Assembly: GCA_965214605.1 (NCBI GenBank)
Contig: OZ243961.1
Span: forward strand, 1,216,001-1,280,000
Direction of reading: 5' to 3'
From: an uncultured Candidatus Binatia bacterium
GTDB taxonomy: Bacteria; Desulfobacterota; Binatia; Bin18
DNA length: 64,000 nt
The translations under genes and the position numbers were made by a program. The notes under the pieces were generated by a model. It did no database searches. It had not been told where the DNA came from and was given only the letters and a program-made list of their open reading frames with translations. Every line of letters starts with the position of its first letter. Positions within the stretch are counted from its first letter, which is position 1. Shown here piece after piece: positions 56,737 to 64,000 of the stretch.

Positions 56737-57378
56737 TCAACTGCCCCTGAGAGCAAAGTCGATCCGTTGCGAAGCGCGGGAGTCAACCGCACGGCCGTCT
56801 TGGGTGCGGGGTTTGAATTTCCATTGGACAATGGCCCGCAAAGCGGCCCGGTCAAAGACCTTGGAAGGAGAGGATTCAATCACGACTGGATCACGGACAC
56901 TTCCGTCTTTGGTAATCGTAAACTCAACCGTGACAAATCCTTCAATTTGCATACGCGAAGCGCGTGAAGGATAGCGCGGGGGAACACGTACCAGGGCGAT
57001 CAGTTCCTGGTCCATCATTGCCGGGCCTTGCGATGGAGCGGCCGGTGGCGACAGCGGACCCATGTTGAGCAAAGGGCCCTGGCCAGTTGTTGCTGTCATC
57101 TCAATCTTTGGCGCTGCCAGCCTAGGTTGAGAGGTTGGCGATGAGGTCAGGCTCGGGGTTACCGGCGGAGTCTCAGGGGGGGGGGGCTCCTTGGGAGGCG
57201 TGCGTCTAGTCGGCGGTGGCGGAGCTTCGCGGGCCAGACGGACAAAATCAATAATCGGATAGGAATCCCGGTGCAGGGCGGTACTAGGTGGGCCTGATAT
57301 CAGTGTTTGCATGAAGAAAAAAATCAGGATGCCGACCACCAGCCCGGCCACTCCCGATACCGCAATCCGCTTCAGCAC
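56737..57378 (-). CDS. tonB: Energy transducer TonB
   Basis: N-terminal TM, Pro-rich linker, and PRYP..A...IEG.V.VEFTI..G and FDRAALRAI..WKFKP motifs. Confidence 0.93.
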   Translation of the reverse strand: MLKRIAVSGVAGLVVGILIFFFMQTLISGPPSTALHRDSYPIIDFVRLAREAPPPPTRRTPPKEPPPPETPPVTPSLTSSPTSQPRLAAPKIEMTATTGQGPLLNMGPLSPPAAPSQGPAMMDQELIALVRVPPRYPSRASRMQIEGFVTVEFTITKDGSVRDPVVIESSPSKVFDRAALRAIVQWKFKPRTQDGRAVDSRASQRIDFALRGS

Positions 57379-57381
57379 CGT

Positions 57382-57786
57382 CTAGCTCTCCTGTCGGGCG
57401 GCGACGGCAATAGTGCTCACACCAGCCAAACGGGCCTGATCCATGACCTGCACCAACAGGCCCGTTTGGGCCGAAGCATCTGCCAGGACAATTACATCGG
57501 CCTCTGGATTGTCGGCCAGCATACGTTCAACATTTGCCCGGACCGCTCGCACATCAATGCGCCGCCGCTCCATCCATATTTCTCCTCTGGCTGACAGGGC
57601 GATATGGATTGTGCCGCGCTCTTTGGTCTGGGTCGTCCGGGCAACAGGCCGGTTGACATCAATCCCAGCTTCCTTGACAAACGAGGCGGTCACCAGAAAA
57701 AAGATGAGTAGAATAAACACCATATCAATCAATGGGGTCAGATTGACTTGGCTGTCAGCCGGGACCCTGGCGCGGCGACGTTTCAT
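57382..57786 (-). CDS. exbD: Biopolymer transport protein ExbD
   Basis: NLTPLIDMVFILLIFFLVTASF motif. Confidence 0.95.
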   Translation of the reverse strand: MKRRRARVPADSQVNLTPLIDMVFILLIFFLVTASFVKEAGIDVNRPVARTTQTKERGTIHIALSARGEIWMERRRIDVRAVRANVERMLADNPEADVIVLADASAQTGLLVQVMDQARLAGVSTIAVAARQES

Positions 57787-57804
57787 GGCAGCCTCCTCAA
57801 CATC

Positions 57805-58410
57805 TCAACGGTCACCGGCGCGTTTCTGAGCCTCCACTTGGGCATGGATCCACAACAGGCCCGGATTGCCGAACTCGTCCTCGAGTTGCAGCAGAGCGGT
57901 GAGTTTCTGCACTTCTACTTGGGCCCGATTGGTTAGGCTCGACCCAAGGTACAGCCCGGGCAGGGCGCACACCAGCCCAGCCATGGTTGTTACCAGCGCT
58001 TCAGAAATCCCGTTGGCCATACCGTTGACGTTGCCCGTCCCGAACAGCTGCATTACGGTAAAGGTAGAAATCATGCCGTTGACGGTCCCTAGCAGTCCTA
58101 GAATCGGGAGCACCACGGTTAGGGAGCGAATGAACGGTAAGGAACGGCGTAGCTGATAGTCAGCCTCAGCAATCTCCATGCGGCGCTGTTGACGGGCGTA
58201 CCAGGAGTGCCGCTCACTGCGCGCCTGCCAGCGGGAGACCAGGTCCTGCACCATGGTCTGATAGCCGGTATGCAGGAAGACATAGCGCTCAACAATGAGC
58301 GTCGCCAGCACGACCGTCACGACCAGAATAATCCACAGTACCGGCCCACCAACCGCCAGAAATTGCCGCAACTGATCAAGCAGATTCTGGAGAAGTGCGA
58401 GAAGATTCAT
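57805..58410 (-). CDS. exbB: MotA/TolQ/ExbB proton channel
   Basis: GGPVLW, PILGLLGTVNGMI and GISEALVTTMAGL motifs. Confidence 0.9.
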   Translation of the reverse strand: MNLLALLQNLLDQLRQFLAVGGPVLWIILVVTVVLATLIVERYVFLHTGYQTMVQDLVSRWQARSERHSWYARQQRRMEIAEADYQLRRSLPFIRSLTVVLPILGLLGTVNGMISTFTVMQLFGTGNVNGMANGISEALVTTMAGLVCALPGLYLGSSLTNRAQVEVQKLTALLQLEDEFGNPGLLWIHAQVEAQKRAGDR

Positions 58411-59761
58411 TCTGCTGCTCCGCGAGCCGGGCGACCATGCCAGCCCCCTGTTCATCGAGCACCTGAACAAGTCGGTTGCTCGTCCCCGATACGATCGTAT
58501 GCAGGAGGACAATCGGAATCGCCACGCTCAGCCCCATCTGGGTCGTGACCAGGGCTTGTGAAATTCCGCTTGACATGGTGCGCGGGTCACCTGTCCCAAA
58601 CAGGGTAATGGACTGAAAGGTATCAATCATCCCGACGACTGTGCCGAGCAGCCCCAGCAACGGGGCGACCCCGGCCAGGATGCCAATCGTGGACAGGCCG
58701 CGTTCGAGCCGTGGGATCTGATTGAGGATGACTTCATCGAGGCGGGCCTCCAGAGTGGTCACATCTTGATCTGTATCGTTGTGATAGACGAGCATCACCC
58801 GGCCTAGCGCGTTGTCAGTCTGTGGGGCGTCAGTCTGGCGTTGGGCGTTGATACGCCGGCCTTCCAACCACAGGTAGCCGATGCGTTCCAGGCTCAACAC
58901 CAGGGCGAACAGGCCGATGGCGAGGATGATATAGCCAATGACGCCGCCCTGTTCCAGACGTTCCCATACATCTGGAGTCTGGACGAGCGCGGCTAAAATA
59001 GCCCCCCGCGACGGATCTACGCCGAACGTGCTGTAGCCTTCTGTGATCTGTTCAAGATCTTGGGCGGCGCTCTGGTACTGCTGCTCTGGCTGGCGCGTCA
59101 ACTCTACGAGTTGACGCGTCTCTGGCACATAGCGCAGATATTTCCCCTGCGAGATCGTGTTAAATGCACCAACCCGGACAACCTCACGATCTGACTGCTC
59201 GCCATTGGCGTCAACGATCGTCGCCGGGAATTTCACCACCCGCCCAGACTGCGCCATCTCTTCCAGCAGTGTGATCCACAACTGTTCGAGCTTTTCCAGC
59301 GAGGGCAGCTCTTTGCTCTCGCCTACGGCGTAGAGGAAGTCCGCACGGTCACCAAGCTGGGCGGACACGAGTGAGCTGTCGAGCAAGCCGGCGGTATCAC
59401 GGGCTACCTGCCGGACTACGCCAAACAGTTCGCCGAGTGAGGCTGCCCGCTCATCGAGCTGGGTGCGTAGCTCTTCCAAACGGTCTTCGTTCTGCTCAAA
59501 AGTCGTCCGCTTTTGCTCGCTCTGGCGCTGTATCTGGCCAAGGTCCGCCCTGGCCTGTTGGAGACGCTGCTGCTGCTTGTCACGCTCTGCCACAAAACGG
59601 GCTTCACGTTCAGCGTGTAGCTTGGAATCGGCCTGCCGCTCGGCCTGAACGCGCTCAATCAATTCCTCAAGCGAACTCGGAGCCTCTTGAGCAGCAGGGC
59701 TTGACCACCCGGGCAGAGCCAGGAATACAAGCCACACCGTATGCCAGTATATTCTCCTCAC
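58376..59761 (-). CDS. Long ExbB-like protein (TtpC-type)
   Basis: Signal peptide, coiled coil, GELFGVVRQ, VRVGAFN and DPSRG motifs, then an ExbB domain (PLLGLLGTV.GMI; GISQALVTT). Confidence 0.88.
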   Translation of the reverse strand: MRRIYWHTVWLVFLALPGWSSPAAQEAPSSLEELIERVQAERQADSKLHAEREARFVAERDKQQQRLQQARADLGQIQRQSEQKRTTFEQNEDRLEELRTQLDERAASLGELFGVVRQVARDTAGLLDSSLVSAQLGDRADFLYAVGESKELPSLEKLEQLWITLLEEMAQSGRVVKFPATIVDANGEQSDREVVRVGAFNTISQGKYLRYVPETRQLVELTRQPEQQYQSAAQDLEQITEGYSTFGVDPSRGAILAALVQTPDVWERLEQGGVIGYIILAIGLFALVLSLERIGYLWLEGRRINAQRQTDAPQTDNALGRVMLVYHNDTDQDVTTLEARLDEVILNQIPRLERGLSTIGILAGVAPLLGLLGTVVGMIDTFQSITLFGTGDPRTMSSGISQALVTTQMGLSVAIPIVLLHTIVSGTSNRLVQVLDEQGAGMVARLAEQQNESSRTSPESA

Positions 59762-60534
59762 CGTGTCCCCTCATCTGGAGCGGAGACAGGCAGTGTGAGC
59801 AGCTGTGGGGTCGATTGTTTCTGGGCAACGAGCAGGCCACGCGCAATGGCAGGCTGGTAGGTCTGAGGTAGGGACTCCCACTGTCCAACACTCTGATTCC
59901 ACTGCCCGACCTGTCGGCCGTCCAGACTCTGGTAGAGCAGCGCCAGCCGGCCAACCCGTAAGAAATCGACTGTCCGTTCCTGACCGTCCAGGGTCAGCCC
60001 TCCTCGATATGCCTCAATCGTCCGACCGTATTCCATCTCAACCTGATAGGCTTCCATGATGCGGCGATATTTTTCGGCAACCACCAGGTCAGGCTGGTCA
60101 AGCCAGCCCCGCAGACTGACCAGACGCGCCTGGCGCTCTTCGGATAGAAAGGGAATGTCCAGGGCGACAAACTGTTCAAGGCGGTCCAGCATACGGACCA
60201 GCAGAGGCACGATCTCGCGTTGCGTAACTTCAATTTCCTGCAGCTGCACCCCGAGGGAGACGACTTCCTGCTCCTGGGCAACGAGCATGCGGTCGAGTTG
60301 TTCAACATATATCCGGAGGCTCTCGGTCTGCTGGACAATCCCTCGATAGGAGTTGAGCAAACGCTGGGTTTCGTCATCTAATCGATCAATCTTTTCCTGA
60401 GAGCGAATGCCAGCTTGCGTTGCTTCGGTCTGGGCCTTGAGGGACGACTCCAGGACTTGGGCTGCTGGCAGCCCTGTCCAGCTCACCAGGCCCATCCATA
60501 TCAACAGCCATAGCAAACAGATCCTAGGCACCAT
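59758..60534 (-). CDS. DUF3450 family protein (TtpB-type)
   Basis: Coiled coil, DIPFL.EER, EKYRRIMEAYQVE.EYGRTIEAY and VDFLRVGR motifs. Confidence 0.88.
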   Translation of the reverse strand: MVPRICLLWLLIWMGLVSWTGLPAAQVLESSLKAQTEATQAGIRSQEKIDRLDDETQRLLNSYRGIVQQTESLRIYVEQLDRMLVAQEQEVVSLGVQLQEIEVTQREIVPLLVRMLDRLEQFVALDIPFLSEERQARLVSLRGWLDQPDLVVAEKYRRIMEAYQVEMEYGRTIEAYRGGLTLDGQERTVDFLRVGRLALLYQSLDGRQVGQWNQSVGQWESLPQTYQPAIARGLLVAQKQSTPQLLTLPVSAPDEGTR

Positions 60535-60632
60535 ACGTTCTCCCGCTCGCCAGGAGAAATACCTGAATTCCACCGCAAAAGAAAGAGCCTTGTCAGACAA
60601 GCTCAGAGGGCAAAACTGTCTCGAAGCGATCC

Positions 60633-62765
60633 CTACCCCACTCGGGCCAGCTCCAGGCGTCCGGCCCACCGATCCTCAAGAATCGCCCGTATCCGACGTG
60701 AGGCTGGTGAGGTCAACTCAGGATCTTTTTCTAACCACGCTTGGGCTTCCTGCCGGGCGGTTTCGAGGATACGGCTATCACGGACGATGTTGGCAACCCG
60801 AAAATCGGGCAGACCAGATTGGCGCGTGCCGAGAAATTCCCCAGGTCCCCGAAAGGCTAAATCAGCCTCGGCAATCCGAAAACCATTGTTGGACTCGGCC
60901 ATGATCTGAAGACGCCGGATGGATTCGTCCGCCGGTGTATATTGGGCTAATAAAATACACAAGGACTCGGCCTGTCCGCGACCAACTCGTCCGCGGAGCT
61001 GGTGGAGCTGCGAGAGGCCAAACCGCTCGGCATGTTCAATCAGCATGACCGTAGCGTTGGGTACATCAATGCCGACCTCGATGACGGTCGTCGAAACGAG
61101 CAGTTGATAGTCTCCGTTTTGAAAACGGCTCATAATCTCGTCTTTGGCGTCACTCTTCATGCGACCGTGGAGGAGAGCCACGGCATAATCCCGAAAGACA
61201 CCGGTAGCTAATTCCTCGGCCATGCTCGTCGCGGCTTTGAGCTCTAATTTCTCTGATTCTTCGACCAACGGGTAGACCACATAGGCCTGATGGCCACGGT
61301 CGAGATGGTCTTTGAGCAGTCGATACACCTGTTGGCGTTCGCCCTCATGAAAGACACGGGTAGTGACCGGTTTCCGGCCGGGCGGTAACTCGTCAATCAT
61401 CGATACCTCAAGATCCCCGTAGATGGTGAGCGCCAGCGTGCGTGGAATCGGGGTTGCGGTCATGAGCAGCATGTCTGGATTGGCGCCGCGTCGCTTTAAG
61501 GCGGCGCGTTGCATCACCCCAAACCGGTGCTGCTCATCCACAATGGCTAAGCCGAGCTGACGAAAGCTTACCCCCTCTTGGATGAGCGCGTGGGTACCGA
61601 CGACGATCTCAATCTCGCCCCGCTCCAGCATATCGTACACTTCACGTTTGCGTTTGGTATCGCCGGTCAACAGCGCGATAGATACCTGGAGCATGTGAGC
61701 CAAAGGGCTGAGGGTACGAAAATGCTGTTCGGCCAGAAGTTCAGTCGGGGCCATAAAGGCGACCTGGAAGCCACTGTCGAGGGCTGCCATCGCGGCGCTA
61801 AAGGCGACTATGGTTTTACCCGAACCGACATCACCCTGGACCAAACGGTTCATCGGATGGGGAGCGGCCATATCGCGATGGATGGCCTCTAACACACGCT
61901 CTTGAGCAGCGGTCAGATGAAAGGGTAAGGCCTCGCGCAGACGGGTCGAGAGGATACCTGGCACGATGGACAAACCGTCCTCTTTGACTAGACTCCGGCG
62001 CCGCAGCGCCATGCCTAGCTGGAGGTAGAACAGTTCGTCAAAGACAACCGCTCGATGCGCCTCAGACGTCACCTTGTTGAGCGACCTGAGGTCGGCATCG
62101 GCCGGCGGCAGGTGCAGGTAGCGCAGAGCGTCGCTCAATTCCATCAGGCCTAAACGTGCGCTGCACTCGGGAGGTATGCCTGTGGGCACCAGATTGGCGT
62201 ACGCCTCGACCACGCCGTGCACGAGGCGACGCATGGCCACGGTCGTCATCTCGGTTGTTTTGTTGTAGATGGGGAGGATGCGCGCCGTCTGATCCTCTTG
62301 GTCGACTAGCTCGATATCCGGGTGAATCATCCACTTACCACCCTTGAGGCCCAGATCGACTTTACCAAACAGCAGGACGCGCTGACCAACTTGATATTTC
62401 TGCTGGAAATAGCGGTGTTGGTGATACCACATCAGAAACAGAAATCCGGTCTCGTCCTGAACCACCCCTTCGAGCACCCAGCGGCGGCGCTTACCCATAA
62501 AGCGCCGACCCATGCGGACTAATCGACCCACCGTTGCCTCCTCCTCACCAGCGGCCAGGTCGCGAATCGTCTTCAGCTCGCGGCGGTCCTGATAGCGAAA
62601 CGGAATGTGGTAGAGTAGATCCTCAACCGTGTGGATACCAAGCCGCGCCAGCTGTTGAGCACGCTTTGGTCCAACCCCTTTCACATACTGGGCAGATTTT
62701 TTCAGTGCTGGAGCGGCACGGAAGGAAGAAGACCGAACGGTTTGCGGGGCGAAACGCTCGGTCAT
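60633..62765 (-). CDS. recG: ATP-dependent DNA helicase RecG
   Basis: QGDVGSGKT, DEQHRFGV, MTATPIPRTL and QLHQLRGRVGRG motifs. Confidence 0.97.
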   Translation of the reverse strand: MTERFAPQTVRSSSFRAAPALKKSAQYVKGVGPKRAQQLARLGIHTVEDLLYHIPFRYQDRRELKTIRDLAAGEEEATVGRLVRMGRRFMGKRRRWVLEGVVQDETGFLFLMWYHQHRYFQQKYQVGQRVLLFGKVDLGLKGGKWMIHPDIELVDQEDQTARILPIYNKTTEMTTVAMRRLVHGVVEAYANLVPTGIPPECSARLGLMELSDALRYLHLPPADADLRSLNKVTSEAHRAVVFDELFYLQLGMALRRRSLVKEDGLSIVPGILSTRLREALPFHLTAAQERVLEAIHRDMAAPHPMNRLVQGDVGSGKTIVAFSAAMAALDSGFQVAFMAPTELLAEQHFRTLSPLAHMLQVSIALLTGDTKRKREVYDMLERGEIEIVVGTHALIQEGVSFRQLGLAIVDEQHRFGVMQRAALKRRGANPDMLLMTATPIPRTLALTIYGDLEVSMIDELPPGRKPVTTRVFHEGERQQVYRLLKDHLDRGHQAYVVYPLVEESEKLELKAATSMAEELATGVFRDYAVALLHGRMKSDAKDEIMSRFQNGDYQLLVSTTVIEVGIDVPNATVMLIEHAERFGLSQLHQLRGRVGRGQAESLCILLAQYTPADESIRRLQIMAESNNGFRIAEADLAFRGPGEFLGTRQSGLPDFRVANIVRDSRILETARQEAQAWLEKDPELTSPASRRIRAILEDRWAGRLELARVG

Positions 62766-62805
62766 GAGAACGTCCTCAGTGGTGACCTTTGACTTTTGAC
62801 TTGAC

Positions 62806-64000
62806 TCACTCTCCCCACCCCGTCCCATGTGCAGTGCGCTGTTTACCCCGCATCACCCCCTGGGCGTGATATTCCTGCACCGGCTTCACGTCGAGTAGGC
62901 CATGGCGCAATCGGCTAATACCCTCAGCCGCCGCGTCGGCACCGGCCATGGTGGTGAAATACGGTACCCGACACTCTAGGGCGCTGCGGCGGATGGAAAA
63001 GGAGTCGGCCAGCGACCGCATGCCGTCGGTGGTATTGATGACCAGGGCAATCTTTCCGGCCTGTATGGCATCCACAATGTGGGGCGAACCTTCTTTGACC
63101 TTATTGACGCTGTCAACGCTGAGGCCGGCCTTGCGCAGATAAGCGGCGGTTCCTCGGGTCGCCATCAGCCGGAAGCCATTCCCGAGCAGACGCCGGGCGA
63201 TCGACAGGCTGGCGGCCTTATCCTGATCTCTGACACTGAGCAAGGCTTGGCCGTGCATCGGCAACGCCGTGCCGGCCGCGGTTTGGGCTTTGGCAAACGC
63301 CATACCAAATGCGGCGTCGATACCCATCACCTCGCCGGTTGATTTCATCTCTGGTCCCAGTACGGTATCGACGCCGGGAAACTTAATAAAGGGAAAAACC
63401 GCCTCTTTGACACTCACATGTTTGGGCACGATCTCGTGGGTATAGCCGAGTTCAGCCAAAGTTTTGCCGGCCATGATCCGGACGGCGGTCTTGGCCAGTG
63501 GCAGACCGATCGCCTTGCTGACAAACGGCACTGTGCGTGAGGCGCGCGGATTGACCTCCAGGACATAGACGGTCTGGTTCTGGACAGCAAACTGGATATT
63601 GATGAGGCCCACGACGCGCAGCTCGGTGGCCAACAGAACCGTCTGGCGCCGGATCTCGTTCTGGACCGTGGGGGATAAATTTCGGGGCGGCAGCGAGCAG
63701 GCGCTGTCTCCGGAGTGCACTCCAGCCAATTCAATGTGCTCCATAATGCCGCCGATAACCACGGTCTGGCCATCGCTGATCGCATCCACATCAACCTCGG
63801 TCGCATCGTCAAGAAACTTATCGATCAGGACCGGATGTTCAGGCGAGACCGAGACCGCCTCGCGCATATAGCGCTGCAGGCTGGCCTGGTCATACACAAT
63901 CTGCATGGCCCTCCCGCCCAACACGTAGGACGGCCGGACCAAGGTCGGATAGCTGATCTGCTCGGCAATACGTAAGGCCTCTTCGGCGGAGCGAGCACTC
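62806..64000 (-). CDS. carB: Carbamoyl-phosphate synthase large subunit, C-terminal part (5' end outside the window)
   Basis: RPSYVLGGRAM, HSGDS, EVNPRASRTVPF and LGPEMKSTGEVMG motifs, plus an MGS domain. Confidence 0.97.
   Translation of the reverse strand, partial: SARSAEEALRIAEQISYPTLVRPSYVLGGRAMQIVYDQASLQRYMREAVSVSPEHPVLIDKFLDDATEVDVDAISDGQTVVIGGIMEHIELAGVHSGDSACSLPPRNLSPTVQNEIRRQTVLLATELRVVGLINIQFAVQNQTVYVLEVNPRASRTVPFVSKAIGLPLAKTAVRIMAGKTLAELGYTHEIVPKHVSVKEAVFPFIKFPGVDTVLGPEMKSTGEVMGIDAAFGMAFAKAQTAAGTALPMHGQALLSVRDQDKAASLSIARRLLGNGFRLMATRGTAAYLRKAGLSVDSVNKVKEGSPHIVDAIQAGKIALVINTTDGMRSLADSFSIRRSALECRVPYFTTMAGADAAAEGISRLRHGLLDVKPVQEYHAQGVMRGKQRTAHGTGWGE

Overview
A 64 kb GC-rich bacterial chromosome segment. 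The gene content resembles Deltaproteobacteria such as Binatia, but this is inference only. Bases 1-38.8 kb are mostly housekeeping: thiE, dnaB, a split B12 acyl-CoA mutase whose signature residues point to isobutyryl-CoA mutase, alaC-hom-thrC-apgM-glpX, rsmI, a D-amino-acid oxidase-murL-murD2 operon, an LPS core cluster and yicC-gmk-spoT. A heavily decayed type I restriction-modification operon (15.1-17.25 kb) is not captured by the ORF track. tRNA-Arg(ACG) and tRNA-Ser(GCT) are followed by a ~20 kb iron-homeostasis island with four Fur-box-like palindrome clusters. The island contains porin/FMN-binding protein/ApbE genes, a ferritin-like gene, imelysin plus a di-heme protein, decayed ABC-binding-protein and TonB-receptor pieces, feoAB, an atypical IscA and a TonB2-type ttp operon. 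recG and carB close the window. The most striking signal is regulatory. A small gene for a Mu-Com-like Cys4 finger sits behind a perfect Fur-type palindrome. A conserved non-coding motif (GAGGCCAGCGGTC-nn-ACACCCAGAGCCC) recurs in three leaders of the island, and in two of them its AGAGCCC end is the 5' arm of an intrinsic terminator. I infer a candidate metal-finger/RNA antitermination circuit for iron uptake. There is also a probable Fur-repressed sRNA with an anti-Shine-Dalgarno loop. All calls come from reading the sequence by eye; no database searches were run.
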